From Clostridia bacterium (GTDB taxonomy: Bacteria > Bacillota > Clostridia > Oscillospirales > Acutalibacteraceae): a stretch of DNA of 64,000 nt. The first letter of the stretch is position 1. Every line of letters begins with the position of its first letter. The translations under genes were made by a program, and so were the position numbers. Shown here piece after piece: positions 1 through 10,265 of the stretch. The DNA lies in the NCBI GenBank assembly GCA_900767025.1, contig CAAFXS010000014.1, forward strand, positions 1,238 through 65,237, written 5' to 3'. The notes beneath the pieces were generated by a model. The model saw only the letters and a list, made by a program, of their open reading frames with translations, was not told the origin of the DNA and made no database searches.

Positions 1-1404
1 ATTTGAATACTGGTCATCATAGGGCTTGGGTGCTTTTGGACTTAAATAGCCGTGTGGACGGTGAGTATCAGCAGTTTCCATAGTAAAGTTAAAGGGCTTG
101 CCGGTATTGTAAAGCCTTGTAATTTCATCCTTTGCAAATTCGTAGAGCTTATCGTCCTCATATCCCCACCAAACATTATAATCAGGTGTAACAAGTCCGT
201 TTTCCCTGGCATATACAGCATCCATCAGCTTGATATCGCCGTGAGTTTCATACAAATATCTGAGGCCGCCGAAGCTTGCGTCAGCACCGTACATAGCAGT
301 CTGCTCATAGCCTTGATCCTTAAGCATATCATAAATAGTATACGCACCCGGAAGGAAATTACCCTTGGTTCCGTAGCGGTTTGCCTGGTCCGGAGTTTTC
401 ATTGGAAGACCCGTTGACTGATTAACCACAGATGCAATTGACCACTGTGTACCCGTTGCCTGAAGAGGTCCGCCGAACTTGGTATCGTTATTTGAAAATA
501 CAAAGCCCTCATAGGAAAGCTCTGTCAGCTCCGGCATAAGATTATCCTCCATATAGCCGCCTAAATCCTTGGAAAGATAGCTGTTTTCCATAGACTCAAG
601 ATAAATGTGAATAAGATTTCTCTTTTTCTCCGGGAAAACGACCTCGGTTTCACGGGGGTCAACATAAACATCTTCAATCAAATCGGATTTCAAAATATAT
701 GAATAGTAAACATTCTTAAGCTTAAGTCCGTCAATAATATAGTATGTACCGTAGCCTAAAACAAGCAAGGAAAGCAACAAGCAGATAATACGCTTTGAAA
801 AATCGGTAATCACTGCCTTGGCCTTGCCGTTTCGCTTAACATAAGCAACAAAATCGGAAAAGACAACAAGGCAGAAGATTGCAGTAATCAAGGCTGTTTT
901 AAAGACAGGTCCTTCAAGACATTCCTCATAAACCGAAACATCAGTACCCGATGTGGGCGAAATAAGGTTAATCAAAAGCTGGTCTCCGCTTATTTCACCA
1001 AAGGCAGAAGTTGACCAATCGGTTGCAAAATAGAATGCACATCCAAAGAACACAAAAACGGCTGAAAGAATTTTCACAAAGGTTGCTCCCTTGGATTTTT
1101 TAGTGTTGTCCTTTTCTAATGTGATTGCTCCGTTAAATATTTGGCAAATCAGCACAAAGGCAACGCCCACTGCCAAAGCAAGACAAAAATACTTAATAAA
1201 GGATGACATACCGTAGCCGTCTGTGACAAATATGTGCTTATACTTGAACACCTTAGTCAGCAGCTCCAGGGACACCAGATTGATAATAAATTCATTTTTA
1301 AGGAAAATATGAATATACTCTCCTACCGGTTTCTTCTCTTTGAAAATACACAGCTGCAACACAGTAATGATAATTGCAGCGGCTGTACCGAATAATACAA
1401 ACAT
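1..1404 (-). CDS. LTA-synthase (LtaS)-family sulfatase-domain membrane protein. The N-terminal ~468 codons lie in the window; the gene continues past the window start
   Basis: Read by hand from the minus strand (not in the ORF track because its stop is outside the window). Start ATG is rc of 1402-1404, with a GGAGA RBS upstream. The N-terminus has five hydrophobic segments, followed by a sulfatase-type domain containing ...NLIHIYLESMEN... and ...TMETADTHRPHGY... Confidence 0.75.
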   Translation of the reverse strand, partial: MFVLFGTAAAIIITVLQLCIFKEKKPVGEYIHIFLKNEFIINLVSLELLTKVFKYKHIFVTDGYGMSSFIKYFCLALAVGVAFVLICQIFNGAITLEKDNTKKSKGATFVKILSAVFVFFGCAFYFATDWSTSAFGEISGDQLLINLISPTSGTDVSVYEECLEGPVFKTALITAIFCLVVFSDFVAYVKRNGKAKAVITDFSKRIICLLLSLLVLGYGTYYIIDGLKLKNVYYSYILKSDLIEDVYVDPRETEVVFPEKKRNLIHIYLESMENSYLSKDLGGYMEDNLMPELTELSYEGFVFSNNDTKFGGPLQATGTQWSIASVVNQSTGLPMKTPDQANRYGTKGNFLPGAYTIYDMLKDQGYEQTAMYGADASFGGLRYLYETHGDIKLMDAVYARENGLVTPDYNVWWGYEDDKLYEFAKDEITRLYNTGKPFNFTMETADTHRPHGYLSPKAPKPYDDQYSN

Positions 1405-1438
1405 TTTTTAATTCTCCTCTTCTCTTCATCTGTGAAAG

Positions 1439-3754
1439 CTAATTGATTTTCACTTTAACCTCTGTATCTGCCGAAAGGGTCAGCTTTTTGATAACCGTAT
1501 CGGCATTAAAAACCATTGCGTTAGCGAGCTTATCCTCAACCTGACGCCTTACCGCGTCACGAAGTCCCCTGGCGTTTTTCTTTGAGCCGAAGGCTTCACC
1601 TGCAAGGAACACAGGCACGCTATCGTCATAAACAAGCTCAATTGCTTTATCCTTAAGGCTTTCCTTAAGCTCATCAAGCATAAGCCTTGCTATTTTTTCA
1701 AAATTATCGTGAGTAAGCTGATTAAATAAAACAATCTCATCAACCCTGCCCAAAAATTCAGGTCTTAAAAATCTTTCAAGAGCCTTCATTGTAACCTCTT
1801 TATTGATATCACCTGCGGATTTGTTAAAGCCAAGAGCAGCTGAATCCGTTGAGCCTGCGTTGGAGGTCATAATAATAACGGTGTTTTCAAAATTAACGGT
1901 TCTGCCCTGAGCGTCGGTAATTCTTCCCTCGTCAAGAATTTGAAGAAGGATATTAAGAACATCCTTATGTGCCTTTTCGATTTCATCAAAAAGGATAACG
2001 CTGTAAGGCTTTCTCCTAACCTTTTCCGTCAGCTGACCTGCATCGTCATAGCCAACATATCCCGGAGGCGAGCCGATAATTCTTGATACGCTGAATTTTT
2101 CCATAAACTCACTCATATCAAGCCTGATAAGGTTGTCGGGACTGTCAAAGAGAGCGTCTGCAAGGCGTTTAACAAGCTCGGTTTTACCAACGCCTGTGGG
2201 ACCTACAAAGATAAATGACTGGGGTCTCTTTTGCGGACTGATTTGAATTCTGCCCCGTCTTACTGCGGCGGCAACCTTTTCAACAGCCTCATCCTGACCG
2301 ATAATATGAGCCTTAAGCTCATCCTCGAGTGCCGCAAGCTTTTTGATATCGTTCTGCTCAATTTTTGATGCAGGGATACCCGTCCACAAAGAGATTACTG
2401 CAGCCAAATCCGACTCAAGCACCTGATTGTCCTTTGCCTTTTCCTCAAGCTCCGGCAAGGTTGAATCAATCTGCATTATCTCGCTTTTAATTTTAGTAAT
2501 CAGCTCGTAATCAATAGTATCATTTTCGCCCGGGTCGGAAAGCTTTTCAACATTTGCCTCAAGCATTTCCTTTTTATCCTTTGCCATCTGATACTGACTG
2601 ATAGCAGGATTGCGGAGGTTTGCACTGGTACAGCTTTCATCAAGCAGGTCTATCGCCTTATCGGGAAGATACCTGTCGGTAACAAAGCGCTCGGACATTG
2701 TAACCGCCCTGTAAACCAGGCTGTCGCTAATCTGCACCTTATGATAATCCTCATAATAGCCCTTAATTCCCAAAAGCATTCTGTAAGCATCGTCAATTGA
2801 CGGCTCCTCGATTTTTACAGGCTGAAATCTTCTTTCAAGTGCGGCATCCTTTTCGATATATTTACGGTACTCGTTAAAGGTTGTTGCACCGATAACCTGA
2901 ATTTCACCTCTTGAAAGAGCAGGCTTAAGGATATTTGCGGCATTCATAGTACCCTCGGAATCACCTGTGCCTACAAGGTTATGAACCTCGTCAATGAACA
3001 GGATAATATTGCCCTCGTGCTTAACCTCGTCAACAAGGCCTTTTATTCTGCCCTCAAACTGACCTCTGAACTGTGTTCCGGCAACAAGAGCCGTTAAGTC
3101 AAGAAGATAAATTTCCTTATCCGCAAGCCTTGCAGGCACCTGACCCTTGGCAATTCGGATAGCAAGTCCCTCGGCAACGGCAGTTTTACCTACGCCGGGC
3201 TCACCGATTAAGCAGGGATTATTTTTTGTTCTGCGGCAAAGAATTTGAATTGTCCTCTGAATTTCGCTTTCTCTGCCGATAATGCTGTCAAGCTTGCCGT
3301 CCTTTGCCCTTTGGGTAAGGTTATTACAATAGGTATTAAGGAACTTTCTTGACTCGTCCTGCGAATTTTTCTTTGGTCGCTTTGAACGCTTTTTTGCACC
3401 TGTGTTACCGTCATTGTCGGTATTCTCCTGTGGAGCCAAAGCACCTCCGCCGAAAAGCTCGCTGAAGGGCATTGTCTGTGCTCCGTCCATATTATCGGGG
3501 TTAAACATTTCCCCAAGGCTTTCAAAATTGAAATCGCCCATATTCTGCATAAAATCAGCCATCTGCTGTGAAGCCATTTCAAGCTCCTCATCGGAGATAC
3601 CCATTTTATCAATCATCTGATTAATTGAGCCGATATTGAGCTCCCTTGCACATTTGATGCAAAGTCCCTCGGGGGTAACATTGTCTCCCTCCATTTTTTG
3701 AATAAACACAACTGCCGGGCGCTCACCGCACCTTGAACACATTTGTTGTTTCAT
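1439..3754 (-). CDS. clpE: ATP-dependent Clp protease ATP-binding subunit ClpE. Domain order: N-terminal zinc ribbon, long linker, then two AAA+ modules
   Basis: N-terminal CSRCG...CIKC zinc finger. Walker A of D1 is [15 protein letters not shown] and of D2 is [19 protein letters not shown]-like middle region is present. The ClpC-type double N-domain is absent, which fits ClpE. Confidence 0.85.
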   Translation of the reverse strand: MKQQMCSRCGERPAVVFIQKMEGDNVTPEGLCIKCARELNIGSINQMIDKMGISDEELEMASQQMADFMQNMGDFNFESLGEMFNPDNMDGAQTMPFSELFGGGALAPQENTDNDGNTGAKKRSKRPKKNSQDESRKFLNTYCNNLTQRAKDGKLDSIIGRESEIQRTIQILCRRTKNNPCLIGEPGVGKTAVAEGLAIRIAKGQVPARLADKEIYLLDLTALVAGTQFRGQFEGRIKGLVDEVKHEGNIILFIDEVHNLVGTGDSEGTMNAANILKPALSRGEIQVIGATTFNEYRKYIEKDAALERRFQPVKIEEPSIDDAYRMLLGIKGYYEDYHKVQISDSLVYRAVTMSERFVTDRYLPDKAIDLLDESCTSANLRNPAISQYQMAKDKKEMLEANVEKLSDPGENDTIDYELITKIKSEIMQIDSTLPELEEKAKDNQVLESDLAAVISLWTGIPASKIEQNDIKKLAALEDELKAHIIGQDEAVEKVAAAVRRGRIQISPQKRPQSFIFVGPTGVGKTELVKRLADALFDSPDNLIRLDMSEFMEKFSVSRIIGSPPGYVGYDDAGQLTEKVRRKPYSVILFDEIEKAHKDVLNILLQILDEGRITDAQGRTVNFENTVIIMTSNAGSTDSAALGFNKSAGDINKEVTMKALERFLRPEFLGRVDEIVLFNQLTHDNFEKIARLMLDELKESLKDKAIELVYDDSVPVFLAGEAFGSKKNARGLRDAVRRQVEDKLANAMVFNADTVIKKLTLSADTEVKVKIN

Positions 3755-3797
3755 TAAATCACCTCTTGGTTAATGATTGTTTGTAATAACAGTTAAA

Positions 3798-4415
3798 TTA
3801 TTTTTTATTCTTCTTTTCTTTAATCTGTCGGATAAATCCCGGGGCATAGCCTAAAAGGGAAATCAAAGTGCAGACTGCCGCAATTGCCACCAAAATCCAG
3901 GTAACAACATCAGGCAGAGTAAAGCCTGTAATTTCGCAAAGTGCACCGTTTCTGCCGAAAGCAAGAATAAATATCATACCGATATAAAATACATTTGTGG
4001 CAACCTTGCCCCAAATTTCTGCGGCAGTGGGACGCATTCCCATTGAAAGCAGAACTACTCCGCCGATAATCATTATCAGCTCCTTGGCAATAAAGAACAT
4101 AAAAAGATATTTTATGGCGTTATCCCAATATGTAACAATGAGAACAATAACAATTGCCATCTGGGACAGCTTGTCGGCAATGGGGTCAAGAATTTTGCCT
4201 AAATTTGAAACCTGATTGAATTTTCTTGCAATTTTGCCGTCAAACAAATCGGTCAAAGCGGCAAGACCCATAATGATGACTGCGGTCAAAATATGACCCT
4301 TGAGAAACAGAACAATAAAGAAAGGTATTGCCCCTATTCTGATAAATGAAAGCCAGTTTGGAATAGTGTTCCAGCCTTCAAAAAGGTCTTTTACATTCTT
4401 TTTTAATTCGCTCAT
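3798..4415 (-). CDS. pgsA: CDP-diacylglycerol--glycerol-3-phosphate 3-phosphatidyltransferase
   Basis: CDP-alcohol phosphatidyltransferase motif DLFDGKIARKF...GKILDPIADKL, in a multi-TM protein. Confidence 0.85.
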   Translation of the reverse strand: MSELKKNVKDLFEGWNTIPNWLSFIRIGAIPFFIVLFLKGHILTAVIIMGLAALTDLFDGKIARKFNQVSNLGKILDPIADKLSQMAIVIVLIVTYWDNAIKYLFMFFIAKELIMIIGGVVLLSMGMRPTAAEIWGKVATNVFYIGMIFILAFGRNGALCEITGFTLPDVVTWILVAIAAVCTLISLLGYAPGFIRQIKEKKNKK

Positions 4416-4418
4416 TTT

Positions 4419-4913
4419 TTAACCTCCTATAAGGGAAAATGGATTGTATGTACTTATATATTCAACAGCATAGCTGTTATTGACTATTTCATAAAACTGA
4501 TTATCCTTTGGTATTATTTCAAGGGCACAGGCTAAAACTGCCGAAAGTGTAATAATTATTACACCTGCTTTGATAAGTCCGAAAACACCACCCAAAAAGG
4601 CGTTTGTGTGCCTAAGGGGCATACCCTTTTTCTTTTGCAGCTTAACAAGGATATTAAGGAGTATGCCGGTTAAAGCCGCAAGAATAACAAAGCAGGCAAA
4701 AAAGGCAACTGCCTTTTGAAGCTGCGGCGAAAGACACGAAAGCCATTCATCAGGAACATAAGGCAAAACATAGCCTGCGGCAAAATACGAACAGGGAATA
4801 ATCAGTATTACCCTTGCCATACTCAAAAGAGAAACAAGGAGTCCTCTGCAGGCACCTGCAATAACAAGGATTACCGCAAGCACCAAAAATGCAATATCAA
4901 TATAACTAATCAT
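4419..4913 (-). CDS. CvpA-family (colicin V production) membrane protein
   Basis: Hydrophobic 4-TM protein starting MISYIDIAFLVLAVIL. The internal ATG at 4913 is preferred over the ORF-track start because it overlaps the upstream gene's stop by 8 nt (ATGATTAG), implying translational coupling. Confidence 0.6.
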   Translation of the reverse strand: MISYIDIAFLVLAVILVIAGACRGLLVSLLSMARVILIIPCSYFAAGYVLPYVPDEWLSCLSPQLQKAVAFFACFVILAALTGILLNILVKLQKKKGMPLRHTNAFLGGVFGLIKAGVIIITLSAVLACALEIIPKDNQFYEIVNNSYAVEYISTYNPFSLIGG

Positions 4914-6090
4914 TTGACGCAACACCCTTATCAACAACCGATTGCCTGTGAATAAACACCGAGGAGCCAAGACGGCAAATGGATTTAACCGAATCGGGAA
5001 CGGCAATTTTTTCCTTTTCCTCGCCGTTTTTGATATTATAGCTGACGATTTCATCAGCAGTTAAGACGGAAACAAGGCTGTCCGTTGCACAAATATCCTT
5101 GGTACCGCCGTCTGTTTTAAACTCATTTTTGATTTTACCGCTTGATTTTACACAGGCTATGGTGTGCTCGGCAGAATTACTGTAGCCGCCGTAGGCGATT
5201 ATCAAATCACCCGAGCCGCTGAAATCAAAGCACTCAGTATTAATTGTGCCCTGTTCATACACCGGGTTATACTTATTATTTTTTATAACTCCGAGATATG
5301 TATCCCCCACTGCCCAAATATTATTTCCGTCATATCTTAAACCTGCAAGGGAGCCTTGGGGCAATGCAACGGAAAGCTCCTCACCGCTGTTAACATCGTA
5401 AATATAAACAGTTGTAGCAAGAGCGGCGTTAACACTGCTAACCGTTGCAACGGCAACCTGCTTTCCGCCGGAGTTAAGGGCAATATCAACTGCATAGCCG
5501 TAGGAAATACTTTTTTCAAGCTTCTTTTCCAGCGAAGTTGAAATGACGTTGATATCGCATAGCTTTTCCTTTGAAGAGGTGGCAACTGCAACAGTGCCGT
5601 TTTTAGCCACATCTGCACAGAATATTGACTTGTCAAGCTCCTCCTCATACACTGCCTCGGAGGTTGTATCAAGCCTGTAGCTGTTGTCCCCCTGGTCGTA
5701 AACAAGAGAATACACACCTGCGGTTTTCAGCACAGGATTTGAATAGCCGTGCTCAAATAAATAGTCAGCCGTTGCCTCCTTGCCGTCAAGCACCGTAAAG
5801 CTGTTTGGCGTAAGCACGCCGATTTTATTGTTAATATTAACAAGCTTAACATTCTGTGACGCGTCAATGCTATACGGGAAATTACTGCTTTCCACACCAT
5901 CTGTTAAAGTAAAATTACCGTTTTCGTCGGTAAAGCGGTCCTTAACATCGTTTACATTTATTTCAAAAATCTTCATCACCGCAAGAATTACAACTATAAC
6001 GGCAATTATTGACCATACTATTGCTTTATTTCGTCTGTCTTTTTTTTCACGCTTTTCACGGCGTTCCATTTCACGCTGATTGCCTGCCAC
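4906..6090 (-). CDS. Membrane-anchored hypothetical protein: basic cytoplasmic tail, single TM helix, large beta-rich extracytoplasmic domain
   Basis: N-terminus MAGNQREMERREKREKKDRRNK followed by one TM (AIVWSIIAVIVVILAV). The remainder is S/T/G/N-rich with repeated ...AV(A/G)... strand-like segments. No recognizable catalytic motif. Confidence 0.5.
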   Translation of the reverse strand: MAGNQREMERREKREKKDRRNKAIVWSIIAVIVVILAVMKIFEINVNDVKDRFTDENGNFTLTDGVESSNFPYSIDASQNVKLVNINNKIGVLTPNSFTVLDGKEATADYLFEHGYSNPVLKTAGVYSLVYDQGDNSYRLDTTSEAVYEEELDKSIFCADVAKNGTVAVATSSKEKLCDINVISTSLEKKLEKSISYGYAVDIALNSGGKQVAVATVSSVNAALATTVYIYDVNSGEELSVALPQGSLAGLRYDGNNIWAVGDTYLGVIKNNKYNPVYEQGTINTECFDFSGSGDLIIAYGGYSNSAEHTIACVKSSGKIKNEFKTDGGTKDICATDSLVSVLTADEIVSYNIKNGEEKEKIAVPDSVKSICRLGSSVFIHRQSVVDKGVASND

Positions 6091-6101
6091 TTTTTCACCG
6101 C

Positions 6102-6836
6102 CTAATAATTAACCTTATTAAGATACAAGCCCTGAGGCGGAGCGGTTTTGCCCGCCCTTTTCCTGTCCTTCGACTTAATTATATCCAAAAGTTCACCCTC
6201 ACCGATTTTGCCCTGAGCAATAAAAAGCAGGGTGCCAACCATAATTCTGACCATATTATAGAGGAAGCCGTCTGCCTCCACCTTAAAGTAAACCATATCC
6301 CCTTCACGCCAAACGGAAAAGGAATACACTGTTCTCACCGTGTCCTCAACATCACTGCCAGCACTGCAAAAGCCACTGTAATCATAGGTGCCCACAAAAG
6401 CCTGTGCCTCACGGTTAAGGTAATCTGTATCAATATTATACCTGTAATGATAGGCATATTTTGAATAAAAAGGATTTCTTATCTCGCCGTTATAGAGCTT
6501 ATACACATACTCCTTTGATTTGCAGGAATACCGCGGGTGAAAATCCTCCGCAACCTGTTGGCAGGAGATAACCGCTATATCGTCGGGCAGATGAGTGTTA
6601 AGCGCCATAACCACTCCCCTGTCGGATATATCCATATCCGTCATAAAGGTAAGGCAGTACATATTGGCGTGAACGCCCGAATCTGTCCTGCTGCAGCCCT
6701 TGACATCAAGGCGTTTTTTGAAAACCTTTTGGACAGCATCCTGAAAAACCTGCTGAACGGTAAGTGCATTTTTCTGCACCTGCCAGCCGTGGTAATCAGA
6801 GCCGTCATATTTAACTGTTACGAGTAAATTTTTCAT
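6102..6836 (-). CDS. truA: tRNA pseudouridine(38-40) synthase
   Basis: TruA family; N-terminal KYDGSDYHGWQ(V)Q motif; approximately 244 aa. Confidence 0.9.
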   Translation of the reverse strand: MKNLLVTVKYDGSDYHGWQVQKNALTVQQVFQDAVQKVFKKRLDVKGCSRTDSGVHANMYCLTFMTDMDISDRGVVMALNTHLPDDIAVISCQQVAEDFHPRYSCKSKEYVYKLYNGEIRNPFYSKYAYHYRYNIDTDYLNREAQAFVGTYDYSGFCSAGSDVEDTVRTVYSFSVWREGDMVYFKVEADGFLYNMVRIMVGTLLFIAQGKIGEGELLDIIKSKDRKRAGKTAPPQGLYLNKVNY

Positions 6837-6853
6837 ATTATTCTTCTGCGGTA

Positions 6854-7666
6854 CTATATGATACCTGCGGCAAAATGATTAACTGCAATTACCCCTGCCA
6901 TAAACAGAGCTACGGCAATAAGGGAAACAAAATCCCTTGTATGCAGCTTCATAACCTTCATTTTTGTTCTGCCATCTCCGCCTCGGTAGCAACGGCACTC
7001 CATTGCGTAGGCAAGCTCGTTTGCTCTTCTAAACGATGACACGAAAAGCGGAATAAGCACCGGCACAAGCGCCTTTGCCCTGTGGACAAGTCCGCCTGAG
7101 TCCATATCGGCGCCCCTTGATTTCTGCGCCGCCATAATTTTTTCAATTTCCTCTACAAGAGTTGGGATAAACCGCAGTGCAATAGTCATTGTCATTGCAA
7201 TTGAATGAACATCTATTTTGATTAGTTTAAGAGGCTTTAACAATCTTTCAAGGGCATCGGTAAGCTCCGTAGGTGATGTGGTATAGGTAAGCAGAGAGCT
7301 GATTACCACAAGCGTTATTATCCTAATTGCCATAAACACTGCCGTTTCAATGCCCGAGGCAGTTATTTTAAGCCTGCCAAGCTGAACAAGGGGCTCGCCC
7401 TTGCCGTAAAACAGATTAAGCACCGCAGTTATTGCTATGATAACCGCAAGTGGTTTAATGCTTTTCAAAATAGTATTAGCCGGTATTTTTGAAAGCACCA
7501 CAAGCAAAATGCAGGCAACAATAACAAGCAACAGTGAAAACACATTTTTGCACAAAAAGATTGAAACAATCAGAAAAAGAATAAGTATAATTTTCATCCT
7601 TGCATCAAGCTTATGCAGTAATGAATTACCCGGGAAATACTGGCCGATTGTGATATCCGAAATCAT
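6854..7666 (-). CDS. ecfT: Energy-coupling-factor transporter transmembrane component EcfT
   Basis: Multi-TM protein following two ABC ATPase genes. It overlaps ecfA2 by 4 nt. The gene order ecfA1-ecfA2-ecfT-truA is typical of Firmicutes. Confidence 0.85.
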   Translation of the reverse strand: MISDITIGQYFPGNSLLHKLDARMKIILILFLIVSIFLCKNVFSLLLVIVACILLVVLSKIPANTILKSIKPLAVIIAITAVLNLFYGKGEPLVQLGRLKITASGIETAVFMAIRIITLVVISSLLTYTTSPTELTDALERLLKPLKLIKIDVHSIAMTMTIALRFIPTLVEEIEKIMAAQKSRGADMDSGGLVHRAKALVPVLIPLFVSSFRRANELAYAMECRCYRGGDGRTKMKVMKLHTRDFVSLIAVALFMAGVIAVNHFAAGII

Positions 7667-8529
7667 ACCTGCACCTCCCTCATAAGACGCTGAAACTCTG
7701 CAACGCCCTGTTCAACGGTATAAATATTTGTTTTACAGGGTACTCCGCTTTCCTTAAGCTTAAGAAAAACATCTGTTATTTCAGGAACATTAAGGCCCAT
7801 TTTCTTAAGCTCGGCACCATGGGAATAAACCTCATCAACGGTGCCGTACATTGCAAGAGAGCCTTTATTCATAACAACTACCTTACTGCAAATTCGGGCA
7901 ACATCCTCCATTGAATGAGAAACGAGAATTACGGTATTACCCATTTTCCGCTGATAGTCACGGACAAGGGAAAGAATAACCTCCCTGCCCTTGGGGTCAA
8001 GACCTGCGCAGGGCTCGTCAAGAACAAGCACCTTTGGCTCCATAGCAATTATTGATGCTATTGCCACACGGCGTTTCTGACCGCCTGAAAGGTCAAAGGG
8101 TGATTTGTCAAGGATTTCAGATGAAATACCCACAAATTCAATGCTCTGCCTTATACGCCTGTCAATTTCATCATCCTCAAGACCCATTTGCTTTGGACCG
8201 AAGGCAATTTCCTTGTATACCGTTTCCTCAAAAATCTGATATTCGGGATACTGAAAGCAAAGACCCACCGCAAAGCGCACCTGACGGATATTCTTTTTAT
8301 TTTCCTTTGACCAAATATCCTTTCCGTCAACAAAGACCTTACCGCCATGAGGCTGTAAAAGACCGTTGAAATGCTGAATAAGGGTTGATTTGCCGGAACC
8401 GGTATGACCGATAATTCCGATTAGCTCCCCCTCTTCAACAGAAAGGCTTATATCACTGACAGCGGCGGTTTCAAATGGTGTGCCAACGCTGTAAAGATAT
8501 TCTAAATTTTCGCAGACGAGAAATGCCAT
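7663..8529 (-). CDS. ecfA2: ECF transporter ATPase EcfA2
   Basis: Walker A GHTGSGKST, ABC signature LSGGQKRRVA, Walker B LVLDEP. Confidence 0.9.
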   Translation of the reverse strand: MAFLVCENLEYLYSVGTPFETAAVSDISLSVEEGELIGIIGHTGSGKSTLIQHFNGLLQPHGGKVFVDGKDIWSKENKKNIRQVRFAVGLCFQYPEYQIFEETVYKEIAFGPKQMGLEDDEIDRRIRQSIEFVGISSEILDKSPFDLSGGQKRRVAIASIIAMEPKVLVLDEPCAGLDPKGREVILSLVRDYQRKMGNTVILVSHSMEDVARICSKVVVMNKGSLAMYGTVDEVYSHGAELKKMGLNVPEITDVFLKLKESGVPCKTNIYTVEQGVAEFQRLMREVQV

Positions 8530-9377
8530 TACTTTACTCCTAACCTGTTTTTTAAAACTTCTGCACAGGCATCGGCATTTAAAACTGTTTCGCCTGTTTC
8601 TATACCTAATCTGTAAATCATTTCCGTGGACTGAGGAACATCAAGACCCAGTGCCTTAACCTCCTCCACACGGCTGAACACACCTTCAGGTGTGCCGTCC
8701 ATTTTAATCTGACCGTTGTCAACCACAATAACCCTGTCAGCCTGAACCGCCTCGTCCATATAGTGAGTGATGAGAACAATAGTTATGCCCTCTTCGCGAT
8801 TAAGCTTTTTAACGGTTTCAATAACCTCTTTCCTGCCGCTGGGGTCAAGCATTGCGGTAGGCTCGTCAAGAACGATACACTGTGGCTTCATAGCAATAAT
8901 TCCTGCAACGGCAATCCTTTGCTTTTGACCGCCGGAAAGCTTTGACGGAGCTTTCTCACGGTACTCGTACATACCAACGGTTTTAAGAGCCTCGTCAACT
9001 CTGCGTCTGCACTCCGAGGGCTCGATGCCCAAATTCTCGACACCGAAGGCAACATCCTCCTCAACGATTGATGACACAATCTGATTGTCGGGATTTTGGA
9101 AAACCATACCAACCTTTTTTCTTATGTCAAAAATCGAGTCATCCTCCTTTGCCACCTGACCGTCAACGACAACCTGACCCTTTTGGGCAAAGAGTATGCC
9201 GTTAGTCAGCTTGGCAATTGTTGACTTGCCTGAGCCGTTATGGCCCAGCACCGCAACAAAGGAGCCTTTTTCTATTGAAAGATTAAGGTTTTCAAGAACC
9301 TTAACCTCTTTTGCCTCTGCGTCATCCTCATCGGAAATATAGGAGAAATCAACATTTTTAAATTCAATTAAATTCAT
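8529..9377 (-). CDS. ecfA1: ECF transporter ATPase EcfA1
   Basis: Walker A GHNGSGKST, signature LSGGQKQRIA, Walker B IVLDEPT. Its stop overlaps the ecfA2 start. Confidence 0.9.
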   Translation of the reverse strand: MNLIEFKNVDFSYISDEDDAEAKEVKVLENLNLSIEKGSFVAVLGHNGSGKSTIAKLTNGILFAQKGQVVVDGQVAKEDDSIFDIRKKVGMVFQNPDNQIVSSIVEEDVAFGVENLGIEPSECRRRVDEALKTVGMYEYREKAPSKLSGGQKQRIAVAGIIAMKPQCIVLDEPTAMLDPSGRKEVIETVKKLNREEGITIVLITHYMDEAVQADRVIVVDNGQIKMDGTPEGVFSRVEEVKALGLDVPQSTEMIYRLGIETGETVLNADACAEVLKNRLGVK

Positions 9378-9391
9378 ATTTATACCTTGGT

Positions 9392-10261
9392 TTATTTTTT
9401 AGTCCATATTGCGGAGGAGCCGCAGGGAAGCACCTGATTTTTTGACAAAACAGGGAGTCCTATTTCGTCAGCCTCCACCTTGCCTCCTCTTTCGGAGGTA
9501 ATTATATCGTCAAGTATATATTTCATAACCGACGCTGAAAGACCCGTGGTGTAGGAATTAAGCAGAACCATTATGGGATCATCGCTTAAAACCTGTGAAA
9601 CAAGCTTAACAAAATCGTAAATACTGTCCTCAAGATGCCATATTTCACCCTTTGGACCTCTGCCGTAGCTTGGAGGGTCAAGAATAATAATATCGTACTT
9701 ACTGCCACGGCGAATTTCACGGGATACAAATTTCATACAATCGTCAACTATCCAGCGAACATCCTCCTCGGCAACGCCTGAAAGCTTGGCATTTTCCTTT
9801 GCCCAGGAAACCATACCCTTTGACGCGTCAACATGAACAACGCTTGCGCCCTCTTTAAGACAGGCAACGGTTGCACCGCCTGTATAGGCAAAAAGGTTAA
9901 GCACCTTAACATCTTCACGACCGCTTTCGCGGATAAGCTGTCTTGTGTAATCCCAGTTAACTGCCTGCTCGGGAAACAAGCCCGTGTGCTTAAAGCCCAT
10001 GGTTTTGATATTAAAGGTTAAATCCTTGTAGCAAATCTGCCAGGAATCGGGAATTCTTTTAAAGGTCTGCCACTTGCCTCCGCCTGTTCTTGAACGGACA
10101 TATCTTGCGCTTGGCTGAAACCAAAGCCTGTGCTTTTTTTCACTTTTCCATATGACCTGTGGGTCCGGGCGAATCAGAACCTCTCTGCGCCAGCGCTCCA
10201 GCTTTTCTCCGCAGGAGCAGTCAATAAGCTCATAATCCTGCCAATCTGTTGTATATCTCAT
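9392..10261 (-). CDS. Class I SAM-dependent (rRNA) methyltransferase, RlmI/YwbD-like, without a PUA domain
   Basis: SAM-binding motif VLNLFAYTGGATV, and DIIILDPPSYGRG (DPP motif of RNA m5C/m6A-type methyltransferases). Confidence 0.7.
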   Translation of the reverse strand: MRYTTDWQDYELIDCSCGEKLERWRREVLIRPDPQVIWKSEKKHRLWFQPSARYVRSRTGGGKWQTFKRIPDSWQICYKDLTFNIKTMGFKHTGLFPEQAVNWDYTRQLIRESGREDVKVLNLFAYTGGATVACLKEGASVVHVDASKGMVSWAKENAKLSGVAEEDVRWIVDDCMKFVSREIRRGSKYDIIILDPPSYGRGPKGEIWHLEDSIYDFVKLVSQVLSDDPIMVLLNSYTTGLSASVMKYILDDIITSERGGKVEADEIGLPVLSKNQVLPCGSSAIWTKK

Positions 10262-10265
10262 AAAT

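Noticed and set aside
52-417. 121-aa plus-strand ORF at the left edge
   Set aside because: It lies entirely antisense within the hand-read LtaS-like gene (minus strand, 1-1404), which has clear sulfatase-domain motifs and an RBS. The plus-strand ORF has no RBS or motif.
3208-3620. Nested ORFs 3208-3612 (-) and 3402-3620 (+) inside clpE
   Set aside because: Alternative-frame or antisense ORFs within a well-supported AAA+ gene. No independent signals.
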